A stretch of 64,000 bases of DNA from Lytechinus pictus (Eukaryota), in contig NC_087250.1 in NCBI RefSeq assembly GCF_037042905.1, positions 27,220,001 to 27,284,000 of the forward strand, given 5' to 3'. The notes under the pieces are model-generated. The model was not told the origin of the DNA. It was given only the letters and a program-made list of their open reading frames with translations, and did not search any database. Positions within the stretch are counted from its first letter, which is position 1; every line of letters begins with the position of its first letter. Shown in pieces: positions 23,779 to 35,400 of this stretch. A program made the position numbers and the translations under genes.

Positions 23779-26700
23779 GGATTGGAGTGGGTCGCACCTC
23801 ATTTTTCCTGTATCATTTCGTCTTGTTTATTAGTGATTCGTAAGTCCTTACTGCACAATTTTTGAAATATAGTATACTTTGGATCTATGGATACACCTCG
23901 GAGCAGAATTGTGTGAGTTTGTGTTGAACTTTTCGTGTATATTAATTTTACAATTTTGTACATCATTACGCACCATCGTCATTTCTCAATGGACTTGTAT
24001 TACATACATTCACACATAGCTAGAGCTTCATGTTTGTGAAACGATACATGGATGTGAACCGCACTGACAAATCGCATGTTGATTACGTAACAGTCATAAA
24101 TATTCACGATGTATTGTCACAGCCAGTTCGGGTTGGTCTCCATAGTGACCCTGTTGCTACTTACCGGGTCTGTGTTGCTTTTTACTAATACCACCTATGA
24201 TTCCGATTATGGTGTAAAAAACTCTGAACAAACGAACATTCGGAAAATAAAATATCTGAAATGTCCAGTATCGTATTACAATACATGCAATTCATGTTCA
24301 ACGTTCAACATATGCATACTTTGCCATGGCGATGTGGAGAAAAACCCAGGTCCTCGTTCCCACTCCAATAACCCACCCCAATCTGACTCACAACAGGGTA
24401 CATCAACAAATCGTCCAATTACCCAAATCTCCTCTGTTATATTTAACGCTCGAAGTTTAAGGAATAAGATGAATGAATTTAATTCATTCTCTGAGACGTC
24501 ATCCCCAGATATCATAGGAATTACCGAAACCTGGTTCTCAGATATGGACACAACGGTTGATGTCCATTTCCCCGATCACGTAACGTTCCGTCGAGACCGA
24601 TCAGGAACCAGGGGTGGAGTTGTACTGCTTGCTGTCAAACCTAACCTGATACCAAAACGCCTCCCGCAATTGGAAAACGCCAATATTGAGATGGTGTGTG
24701 TCGATTTTGCCTGTAAACCCAACATCAAATGGCTTATCTGCGTACTGTATCGCCCGCCATCAGCAACTGTTGAATTCTGGGATCACCTACAACAAGCAGT
24801 CGACGACATTCAGGCTATCTCTTCTGACTATCAAGGGATCATTCTTACTGGAGACTTTAACACCAACTGGGCCGATCAAGAGCTCCCCATAGTTCATCAG
24901 CTAGACTCCATCATGTCATCGATGGATCTTACCCAGCTAGTAGAAGATATCACTCGACGTTCGTCCCAAGACCCTTCCAGGGGAACTATCATCGACTTAC
25001 TTTTCACAACTTCTCCCTATTATATTGATAATGTTCAAACCATGTCCAACCCAGTCTCAAGTGATCATGACGCAGTTTTCTTCGAAATAAAGTTTAAGAA
25101 GCTCCGATCTCCTAAAAATATTATTAGGGAATTCTTACAGTACGATAAAACTGATGTTGAACATTACAATAATCTAATTACTTACGCCCCTTGGGAATTG
25201 TTTTTCGACGAAACCGATATAGATAAGGCCTGGGAAGGGTTTCATGATTTGTTTGATGCTATATCACGTGATTGCATTCCAAGGAAAGTGGGTCGTGCCA
25301 AACAACGTAGCCCATGGATCACGGATGAAGTCCGGAAGTTGGCCTCTGAAAAAAGTAAAGCTTTCAAAAAAGCAAAGAAATCAGGCTTAGACACTCATTG
25401 GGAACTGTATAGACAATTACGGAATCGCATTAAAATTATTACCAGTATATTATACCATTCCTTTATAAACCGCTTATTTTCTGATGAATCCGATAATAGG
25501 AAGAGATTTTTCTCATTCGTCAGGGCCCAGAAAAAGAGTCAAGATCCTCTAACAATCAATGACAATAACATAATATTGTATGAGTCTGATAAGATCGCGG
25601 AGTTGTTTGGTCGATATTTCAATTCTGTTTTCACACCCTATTCTGATGCACCAATAGAAACCCCCCCCCCCCCCCCAATTAGAGGAAAATCCACTTGCTA
25701 CATACTTACGTACTATTGAAATCAAAGAAATAGATGTGCTTAATGTGGTAAAAGGTTTGAAGAAGGAAAAATCTCCAGGTCCAGACAAAATCACTCCAAT
25801 GATGTTGAAATTGGGTTCTACTACCATTACACCTGTATTATGTAAGATATTTCGCCTCTCACTCTCTTATGGTAGATTGCCTATGTCTTGGAAACGTGCC
25901 AATATATCCCCTGTGTTCAAATCCGGGGATAAGGCTCTGGTACAAAACTACAGACCTATTGCCCTAACTTCGGTTGTATGCAAAGTATTGGAACGTATCG
26001 TAACAAACCGTATTCAAACACATATCAGTGACCATTGTCTACTTAACCCTAACCAACATGGTTTTGTGAAAGGCCGCTCTTGTGTGACTCAGTTAATGAA
26101 TATTACAAACAAATGGTTGAATTTTCTTGATACCTCTCCCACACCAAAACTTGACGTTATCTTTTTCGACTTTGCAAAAGCTTTCGATATAATGCCACAT
26201 GACGTGTTGATGAAAAAGCTCGCTTCACAATTCTTCATTACTGGAAGTGTCTGGAATTGGATTTTTTCCTTCCTTCATGGTAGGGAACAAAGAGTAATTT
26301 ACAGGGGTTCCACCTCTTGCTGGTTGCCCATAACTTCTGGTGTACCGCAAGGCAGTGTTTTAGGGCCGTGTCTCTTTAATTTGTTTATAAATGACCTTCT
26401 CTCCCAAACCATATCATCATGTGCACTTTTTGCTGACGATACGTTATTATACAGACCAATATTTACACCCTCTGATAGTTGTCAGTTGCAAAACGATATT
26501 GATAATATTCATTCATGGTGTACGAACAATAGAATGCGTATTAATTCATCCAAATCTAAAGTTCTACGGATAACATGGGCAAAGAACCCTGGAGTACCTT
26601 ATTATACTTATGACAATATTGTTCTAGAATCAGTTCAGCAATACAAGTATCTAGGAATAATGCTTAATAATAAGTTACAATGGAATACTCACGTTGAACA

Positions 26701-27676
26701 CATTGTTAAGAAAGCAAATCGTATGCTCGGTTTTGTATTGTCAGTCTCTAAGTCCTTGACCGCATCTTCCATATTCTCCTTGTTCAAAACAATTGTTCTT
26801 CCGATTCTTGAGTACGGTCAACCAGCTTGGCACTTGCATACGAAATATCTATCCCAAAAGGTCGAAAATGTTCAGAGACGAGCCACCCGCATAATACTCA
26901 AACAAAAAAGACAAGAAATGTCCTATCATGACAGATTATTAAAACTCAACTGGCAAACATTGGAATCAAGGAGGAAATTTTCACTACTATTTTATGTTGT
27001 CAAGGCTTTGTATGGTATTGTACGTTGTGATGCAGTTAGATGTTCCATTATCATTAACAGTCGGCATTTGGAGGACGTGAAGTTCAACCACCTCCGAGCG
27101 CGAACAAATCGACTTCATCTATCAGCTATTAATTCTTTTCCCCGTTACTGGGATGAATTGCCGGTAAGTTTGCGCTCTGGGGTGGTTGTTAACTCACTTA
27201 TCTCATGGATGAATGAACTAAGAAACAATTTTGTGCTTAGCCGGTGATGAATGACCATGTTTATTTTTGCAGGAGTTTATTATTTAGGATTGTGTTTGTG
27301 GCAGTTATCCTTGTTGTTTTTATATCTTCGTAGCGACTATTTTATTTTTAAATTTAAATTCATTGATATTGATATTTTAAGTTAAGATGAAGTGATATCA
27401 AGTAGACCTATGTTATTCTATTATAATTGATCTTAAACCTTTTTGTTCATACTCACTCTTTTATCCGCTTCTGTTTTATGTAAGCACCCACTGGATAGGG
27501 TCAAATGGTCTTCATTGACTACAGTAATTCAGTTAACTTTATTTGACCCTGGCAGTCCAGTGGGTGCTCAATCTATACTCTGTTATGTTTATTATGTGTT
27601 GTACTTCACTGTACCAATTTCTATACTTTTCACTGCCGAAATAAATAATAATAATAAAAAAAAAATAATAATAATA
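23779..27676 (+). mobile_element. Single-ORF CR1/L2-group LINE (APE + RT) with a 2A motif; near-intact
   Basis: Begins after a poly-T tract and ends in an (AAT)n/A tail. Interrupts a repeat that is contiguous at ~14700-14810. Confidence 0.9.
24109..27247 (+). CDS. LINE polyprotein (leader-2A-APE-RT), ~1045 aa if one C is removed from the C16 run at 25661-25676
   Basis: GDVEKNPGP; NARSL, GITETW, YRPP, GDFN, SDH; KSPGPD, NYRPIALTS, NQHGF, DFAKAFD, GVPQGSVLGP, LFADD, YKYLG. The only lesion is a frameshift in a homopolymer. Confidence 0.88.
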
Positions 27677-27891
27677 TGGGCGCCAAAAATCAGGTCAAAT
27701 TTGGACCCCCCTCCCTCCCCACGAAATCCTGGATCCGCGCCTGGGTTCTATAACAATAACCCAATTAGGGCAATCAACCCCTGACAACTACTTCAAGGAA
27801 AATATTATCCTTATATTTTTACCGCCGGGGACTGATACCCCCCCCCCGGAAATTTACCCTCCAGACAATTACCCCGGATAATTACCCCTAG

Positions 27892-28600
27892 TACGGAGCC
27901 TTGAAAATGCCATCAACGTGACGACATGGCGTGGTACTTTATCTTGCCATGTCTTAATCAATCATTGGCGGCGGAAGGCAAAACAATTTAGGGGGGTCCA
28001 CCTGAAATTTTGGGATGGACACAGATAAAAAATTTGACAAGCAATCAACCAAAATTTATAAGAAGGACCACCAAAATTTTTTGACAAGAAAAAAAAGGTT
28101 GTCAACCAAAATTAGGGGGGGGGGGGCAAAAAGATTTTAGGGGGGTCCACCTCAATTTAGGGGGGGACGTAGAAAACAAATTGACAAGCAAAAAAAGGTT
28201 CTCAACTAAAAATCTAGGGGGGACCGTCCCTCACCTCAAATTTAGGGGGGAAAGGTCCCCCCCCCCCCCCCACCGCTTCGCCGCCTAAGTAATTAATACG
28301 CTTATTATTTCGACATACATGTAGCGGTATATTCTATCTTGTCAAGTCGATATGTCCACATGGCGAGATATGAATTGTACAAGTCCCGGCGAGAATCCCG
28401 ATATATCGCTATGTTGACATGTAACTTATTTAAGTCGACTTGGCAAGATAAAATATCTCGCCATGTTGACATATATAACTTTTTATAAGTGGCAGAATAA
28501 CGTATCGCGCCATGTGGACATAATAAGCTTATTTAGTCGACATGGCAAGATAAAGTATCTCGCCATGTCGTCTAGTCGATGGCATTTTAGAGGCTCCGTA
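27892..28600. mobile_element. MITE with TACGGAGCC termini
   Basis: ~40-bp TIR (TACGGAGCCTTGAAAATGCCATC / GATGGCATTTTAGAGGCTCCGTA). Internal GACATGGCGAGATA-type repeats. Confidence 0.75.
27963..28289. mobile_element. Small hAT-like MITE
   Basis: TIR CATTGGCGGCGGAAG / CTTCGCCGCCTAAG. 7/8 TSD match TAATCAAT vs TAATTAAT. Confidence 0.7.
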
Positions 28601-28804
28601 TGGCGTCTATAGAGGGTAAATTTCCGGGGGGGGGGGGGTAACAGTCCCTGACGATAAAAATATGGGGATAATATTTTCCTTGAAGTAGATGTCAGGGGGC
28701 GATTGTCCTTAGGGTCATCGTTATAGAACCCCATGGACTCGTATCATTGGCCTTTTGACCTCTTAATTGGATCTCACTATATCCTGATCATAATTTTACA
28801 CACA

Positions 28805-28892
28805 CCGCGGACAATCGGACCCGCGGTCTATCGGACCCGCGGACTATCGGACCCGCGGTCTATCGGACCCGCGGTCTATCGGGCTGTAACCG
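28805..28892. repeat. 16-bp tandem repeat (TATCGGACCCGCGG(A/T)C); terminal fragment of a foldback transposon
   Basis: About 4-5 units ending in TGTAACCG, similar to the terminus at 49528. Confidence 0.7.
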
Positions 28893-29010
28893 AAAAAGTT
28901 GGATAACATCATATCTATAAATTCTTGATTACAGGGGGTATTACGATCTAACAAGTTCAAATTAAAATCTCCCATTATAAAAACCTTTTTCGCTGATGTG
29001 GTTTACGGTA

Positions 29011-31365
29011 CAACTCAAGCCAGACGACCTAGACAAAGTTCAGGCATTCAACAACTACACATCTCGCAAAGCCTTCCAGTCCACCAAACTTAAGCAAATC
29101 AACAAGTTCGACCGACTCCACTCCCGCAAGCCTACACAAGCCAACCAACAACCTTCGACCGAAGCAACCAAGGACACCGTAATCAACCTGAGCCGACACC
29201 AACTTACCCAAGCCGAACACAAAGTACTCTCCCTCGGACTCAACTTCGCCGTAGCTCCTAAGAAGATCCCCTTCTCCGACATAGTACAGCAAGTCGAACC
29301 CAAGCTCCGGTTTCTTTCCAAAGCGGCCGCCAACGAAATTAGACTCAAAGTAACCAATGCTCTCTCCGACGCCAAGCCACCTAAACCAAACCTCTCGAAA
29401 GAAGAACACTCTGCCATCCAGGACCTCCGACGTAACCAAGCCATCCACATCCTTCAGGCTGACAAGGGCAACGCCACCGTTATTATGGACCAAGACGTAT
29501 ACGATGACAAGATCGAAGACATTCTCCAGGACAAGGAAACCTACTCCAAACTCAACAGAGACCCAACTCCGGCCAACGAAAGGAGAATCAACCAACAACT
29601 GCTAACCCTACACCGATCTGAAGCACTACCCAAGGCACTCTACTTCCAACTCAGATCCTCTTCAGCCAAGTCTCCAATCCTATTCGGACAACCCAAGATA
29701 CACAAGCCTAACACTCCTCTCCGCCCTATCATCTCCACCCGCGGGTCACCCTGCTACAACACAGCACGTCATCTGGCCAACATCCTTCAACCACTCGTAG
29801 GCCAAACCCAGCACCATGTCACCAACTCCAAGCACTTCATTGACGTCGTCTCCAAGACCAAGATCCGGCCCTCCGACACACTCGTCAGCTTTGATGTCGT
29901 CTCCCTCTTCACCAGCGTACCTGTAGACCAAGCATGTGACATCATCAAGCAACGCCTGATCACCGACTCAGACCTCGCATCCAGAACCAATCTCACACCA
30001 GACCAGATCCATGACCTCCTCCTCACCTGTCTCAACTCCAACTCCTTCAAATGGCGCAACAACTACTACAAACAACTACAAGGAGCAGCCATGGGTTCAC
30101 CTCTCTCACCAATCATCGCTAACATCTTCATGGAACATTTCGAGCACCAAGCACTCAAGACTGCGGACAAACCTCCTTCACTCTGGCTCCGCTATGTCGA
30201 CGACACCTTTGTCATCTGGCCGCACAGCACACCCGACCTTCACCAGTTTCTCAACCACCTCAACCACCAGCACCCCAGCATCAAGTTCACCATGGAGACC
30301 CAACGCGACGACTCAATCCCTTTTCTAGACGTTCGCATCACCAAGACACCATCTGGATTCCCATCTCACCAGGTGTACCGGAAACCCACCCACACAGACC
30401 GCTACCTCAATTTCCGCTCACACCACCACCCATCCGTCCACCAATCAGTCGCCCGCACTCTCATCAGACGAGCCCACCAACTCAGCGACAAGGCACACTT
30501 ACAGCAGGAACTCAAGCACGTGACCAATGCACTCACCACCATCAACCATTACCCCAGGAGAAGGATTAACACTCAACCGTCCAGCCACCAACCCAACACC
30601 AACAGAACGGAAAACCCATCCGAAACCAAGCCTATCGCCACCATAGCACTTCCCTACATCGGCAAGACTTCACACCGACTACAACGCATCCTTCACTCTG
30701 CCAACATCCTCGTCAGACACCAATCCTCTCGCAAGCTACACTCCATCCTGCACTCTCATAAGGACAAGCACCCATCCAACAAGCAACCAGGCGTCTACAA
30801 GATCCCCTGCGACTGTGGCAAAGTCTACATTGGAGAAACCGGCCGAGACTTCGACACCAGACTCAAGGAACACAAGACCCACCACCGACGCAGCGACTGG
30901 GACCGATCTGCCATCGTCAAACACGCACAACAGGAAAATCACAGCATAGACTGGGACAAGAGCCACCTAATCACCAACATCCGGCACTGGAATACCAGAA
31001 GGGTCAGGGAAGCCATTGAGATACATCAACACAACACCGTGCCTCAAGACCCTGGTCTCCACATCAACACCATCTGGCACCCAATCCTACGTCACCACCC
31101 AACTTCCAACCAATCCACAACCAACTCCACAAGCAACTCGCCGTCCACCGTCACCCTACCAAGCCCTCCTACCCAACACAGCAGTCTGATCGAATCACCA
31201 ACTCAACCAGCAACTTCGCCGACGCACACGCCACCGACACCGACGCCTCGCTACAACCTCCGCCGACGACCCAACACCTCATCCGCACACCAGGCCACCC
31301 ACTCAATCCCGCCGAAGCCTACCCGACGAGTCCGCCGACCAACACGCACGGAACGCCACCACTGA
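29011..31365 (+). CDS. Penelope-like RT + GIY-YIG endonuclease (N-terminally truncated, otherwise open)
   Basis: ADKGNATV, PKIHKP.TPLRPIIS, SFDVVSLFT, GAAMGSPLSP, WLRYVDDTF, PFLDV, YRKPTHTDRYL; GVYKIPCDCGKVYIGETGR...RLKEH. The listed ATG at 28996 comes from the inverted junction fragment, not the native start. Confidence 0.93.
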   Translation, partial: QLKPDDLDKVQAFNNYTSRKAFQSTKLKQINKFDRLHSRKPTQANQQPSTEATKDTVINLSRHQLTQAEHKVLSLGLNFAVAPKKIPFSDIVQQVEPKLRFLSKAAANEIRLKVTNALSDAKPPKPNLSKEEHSAIQDLRRNQAIHILQADKGNATVIMDQDVYDDKIEDILQDKETYSKLNRDPTPANERRINQQLLTLHRSEALPKALYFQLRSSSAKSPILFGQPKIHKPNTPLRPIISTRGSPCYNTARHLANILQPLVGQTQHHVTNSKHFIDVVSKTKIRPSDTLVSFDVVSLFTSVPVDQACDIIKQRLITDSDLASRTNLTPDQIHDLLLTCLNSNSFKWRNNYYKQLQGAAMGSPLSPIIANIFMEHFEHQALKTADKPPSLWLRYVDDTFVIWPHSTPDLHQFLNHLNHQHPSIKFTMETQRDDSIPFLDVRITKTPSGFPSHQVYRKPTHTDRYLNFRSHHHPSVHQSVARTLIRRAHQLSDKAHLQQELKHVTNALTTINHYPRRRINTQPSSHQPNTNRTENPSETKPIATIALPYIGKTSHRLQRILHSANILVRHQSSRKLHSILHSHKDKHPSNKQPGVYKIPCDCGKVYIGETGRDFDTRLKEHKTHHRRSDWDRSAIVKHAQQENHSIDWDKSHLITNIRHWNTRRVREAIEIHQHNTVPQDPGLHINTIWHPILRHHPTSNQSTTNSTSNSPSTVTLPSPPTQHSSLIESPTQPATSPTHTPPTPTPRYNLRRRPNTSSAHQATHSIPPKPTRRVRRPTRTERHH

Positions 31366-31581
31366 TGTACCTACCACGCCGCCGACACACACCGCCGCCG
31401 TAACTCACCCCGCCGTCTACTCACCGCGTCCGCATACCACGCCAACTCGTTTCCCGCCAAAACCGCCGACCCACGCACAGAGCGCCACCTACGACGTCCG
31501 CCCGCCGTGACCGCCGGCCCAGCGCTTTCCCCCACGTCCGCACGAACGCCATAAGTACCGCCGCACGCTAAGCGAACACTC

Positions 31582-31622
31582 ACTCCTGAAGACGGACAGT
31601 CAACCTGCCCGAAACGTCGAGT
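31582..31622 (+). ncRNA. Minimal type I hammerhead ribozyme in the PLE pseudo-LTR
   Basis: ACTC-CTGAAGA-C-GGACAG-TCAAC-CTGCCC-GAAA-C-GTC-GAGT. Conserved core, stem I ACTC/GAGT, stem II 5 of 6 bp, loopless palindromic stem III (ACGT), GUC cleavage triplet. Confidence 0.82.
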
Positions 31623-31909
31623 CTCTCTACTACTCATCATCTCTACTCGCCGACTCAAGCCAGCATCTCCTCACTAGCTCTACTACTCAAGCTGTTCTCA
31701 ACTCATCAATCTTTCCTGGTTTACAGTCCTTTTCAGGACTACTTTCAAGAAAGAATACTCTACTCTCAAATCTCCACTTTCTCGCCTATCCATTTCTTCT
31801 CTTTTCCTATCCACTGTTTCTACAACACTTCACATGGTGTACCGTAAACCACATCAGCGATTGTACATACCACCATGCAAACCTTCAAACAACATCCAAA
31901 AACCTTTTT

Positions 31910-32450
31910 ATTATTCAAAACATGCATTGACAAAAGACTTTGAGCACAGTGTAAAAAATCATGGACACTACCTTTAGGGGGTCTGTATATTTCTCCAACA
32001 ACTATTTGTTTTTTATCAGGTAATTCTATTTGGATAAATATGCATTCAATAACCTCAGACATCACATAAAGCTCGGTAAGTTCATTGACTTTCAAGTTAT
32101 TTGATACATAAAACCCAACCCCGCCTCCTCTTTTGTGTTCCCGATTGTTTGTATAAAAAGTAAAGCCGTCAATGGTTACGAAGGATCGCTGCTGGTCATT
32201 CAACCACGTTTCAGAAAATCCGATAACGTAATATCCATAACAAAGTTGCTCAATGAATGTCTGAAATTGGTCGATCTTTTTATTAATGCTTCTTATATTA
32301 TGATGGAGGAGAAAGAGTTTATTTTTTGAGTTGCGGGAACTTACAACAGTATCGTACTCAGAGAAGTATTTGGTACATATGGAGTGCATAGAACGATCTT
32401 CAGGATGGAAATCAAATTGGAGTTCTGGCATTTCCAGGTTAAGTAACGCT
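31910..32450 (-). pseudogene. APE endonuclease domain of the Crack-like LINE ORF2 (N-terminal part)
   Basis: ORF 31820-32431 carries APE motifs. Its last ~30 codons read into PLE sequence. Confidence 0.85.
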
Positions 32451-35400
32451 GGAAGTGGCCATTATCATTTAAATCAATATTATGTTCATCCATAAGGAAT
32501 TACGAGATAACTGTAGAAAATAGAGTGAGGATTCCTGTTATGTATAAAAGTAGAAAATGATGCATTGCTTACTATTGATAAAACGCACTGGCTGAGCAAA
32601 TTATAGAGTGGCAAATGATGTACAAGAATGTAAAACAAGTCAATTACAGAATTAATTAAAGTAAGGTGATATTCGAATATCACAAAAAGTAACCAAGCAA
32701 ACATAAACGATTTGCTTCTATAATCATTGGCTATTTGCAACCACCAAAGTTTAAAGAGATAACAAGTCATTACAATGAGGTAATTAAAAGAATTGCATAA
32801 CAATCATTGAAAATATTCAGAAGGTCAACAAAATGAGATAACTATACTTTTGCATACTATGGCGACAGTATCTTCAATTTAACCTGAGAATGCATGTGAG
32901 CAAAATAGTAAATGAGTATGAAATGCAGTAAAATATTGTGAAGACCATAGAGCAATAATTCAAAGCAAATTACATACAATTTCCAAGAAAACCCAGTCAT
33001 TTTAAATCGAAACCATCGCTTATGTTATAAATAATGATACTTCTATCTTGGTTTAGGTTTGGATTAAACAATGAAAATTGGCCGAGCAAGGCTGACAAAA
33101 ATGAAATAAAATATCAAGCTGTCGTGCTCTTTGAATGTCATATAGCAGAAAATTGAAGACTAAAAGGAAAACCGAGTTTCTCCTCGAGGTTGATTTTTAG
33201 TGATATAAAATGAATTGATTGATTAAATGCAGTTTCATGGACTAAAATGAAATAGTCAAATCAGATCCTAAAATGCTTTTAAGGAAAAAACCCATGAGGG
33301 CAAAAACATCAGTGTGAAAAGTAGCACTCATTTGGTATATATATTTGAAATGCAAATAAAAACCACAAACTCAGCATGAAATATTTTTCTTCTCCATTTC
33401 AAATATATGGGAATGACCAAGAATTAAAAAACTCAAGTAAGGATATTCATATAAGTCAATATGCTAAAGTTATGAGTGATTTCTTTTTAGGTGAAAAAAG
33501 GAAAGGACCCATTCGCAAAAACAACTGGAATTAAAGAAAATTTCTTTTGAGTGGAAGAATCTTTATACCATGAAATATTGTGAACCAGTATAACAACGTT
33601 GTACAATATCCTCAGATTGATATGTCCTTTAATGATATTTAGCAGAAAATAATCTGTTTAGAAAAACCAAAGTGTTAATTCACTGAATGTATTTGATATG
33701 AAATTAATTGCATATCAAATGCAATGTTAAAGGCTAAATAAGATAGCAAATCACAATCTAACTTATATTTAAGCAAAAGCTCATGGGAGCAGACCGTCAG
33801 AATATAAGCCTAAGGTAGACAATATCCCATGGTAGATATCTGAAATACAAAGTAACACTATACGCAGCTACATGACTGTGTAGGCAGGATCAATATCTAA
33901 TTCTTCTCTTTATTATTATGGGTGGGGTCTTCCTTCCAATTACATAGAAATGTAAAGAAATACAGCAAATCTCACAATCATGATCATAGATCATAAAGAT
34001 ATTTAAGCCATTTTGGTAGTGATTTGTGAACGTTTCTTTTCTTCGTGAAAACAAAGACTCTCAATTAAAACAACTGACAACCGGTAATACAGAAAATTTC
34101 CTGTATACACAGAAACCATCTATCATAAACACTATTAACCAGTATGTAATATCCTCGTAGTAACACGAATTTGAATGATATCTAAAGTAAATTTCAATAT
34201 ATTTACAGAAAACAGAGTAAACACCCTAGCTGCATTGGGTTATATTCTGCTATAAAGAGAGTTGTTTAAATGCAAATCAATAGACTAAAGAAAAAGGGCG
34301 AGTCAGCTCATTACTTGCAAGTTTTGAGTGAAGTCTCAGGGATACAGAGCATCGTAAAGCAGGGAAAAACATTTTTGATGTAATCATGTTTGTGACAGAT
34401 ATTTGAAAATTAAAAAAATAAAAATAACATTGTAGAGTAGGCATCAAATATATAATTCTTTTCAATATGGGTATATAGGGGCCTGCGTACCTATTACATG
34501 TAAGTGTACAGAAGTTCAGTAACTCATATAATTATCATGGATATTCACATGGAGGTGAAAGAGAGTTTTTGTGAAAAAACCATTTGAGAAGTAACCGAAA
34601 AAAATACCTATACGTGGAAGAATGTACTATGCAGTATTATTTATCAGAATATTAAAAAGACTATATCTTCAAGGTAATACTTCTTGCATGACATTTAGCG
34701 AAAAAATGGCATATCTTTCCAGAAAGACTGACAAATATAATTCAAAGACAGAGCCACTTCGTGAATTTATTCTGATATGAGATGGAATGTTTGTAAAGAA
34801 ATGTGATTTATTTATTTTAAAGGCAAAAGTCAAATAAGCAAGTTTGATCCTAACTAGCATGGGACCAGACCATCAGATCATTAGACCATTATAAGTAAAA
34901 ACAATATGACAGATATTTGAAATGCAAAATTGCAATATTGGCAGCATCAAATATTCTTATTCTTTATGGGTTGGGTCTTCATTCAAGTTCCAATAAAAAT
35001 GTACAGAACTACATAGCTCAATATTCATAAGTCAATAGACTGATGATGAAGGCGCCGAGAGTAAATTTTGTGAAATAAAATCGCATTTAAAAAAACAACT
35101 GCAGTTAAATTTCCTACATGTATAGGCCTACCCCGCAGAATCTGTCACAAAACGAATATAAAATGGATTGTTTAAAGCAATTAGATAGGTATGAAGGGTA
35201 TAATAATAAGACCATCGTTTAATTGCATTTAAGCAAGGACACATGGATGCAATATCAGAATACAATATAAATACTGTACTTTTCCTGATATAAAATATTC
35301 AGTGAAATTTGAGCCAGACTGATCTTATCTTGCAATCAGACAAAAGCACACAGGGTACACAAAAAGGAAAACAGATTTATATATGAACATGTTGAAATAG

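Larger units (their letters stand above)
27743..28732. mobile_element. Long-TIR (foldback) MITE containing two further nested MITEs
   Basis: ~120-bp TIR: GGGTTCTATAAC...GGAAATTTACCCTC and GAGGGTAAATTTCC...GTTATAGAACCC. Confidence 0.8.
28991..31897 (+). mobile_element. Penelope-like retroelement (Poseidon/Penelope type), 5'-truncated, with 3' pseudo-LTR
   Basis: 12-bp TSD AAAAACCTTTTT (28979-28990, 31898-31909). RT + GIY-YIG ORF. Hammerhead motif. 23-bp inverted pLTR piece at the 5' junction. Confidence 0.93.

Noticed and set aside
28996..29010. ATG at 28996 as the native start of the PLE protein
   Set aside because: It lies in the inverted pLTR patch, so the N-terminal MWFTV is a junction artefact.
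29029..30966. Several antisense ORFs over the Penelope-like CDS
   Set aside because: Shadow ORFs caused by the strong C/A skew; no recognisable domains.
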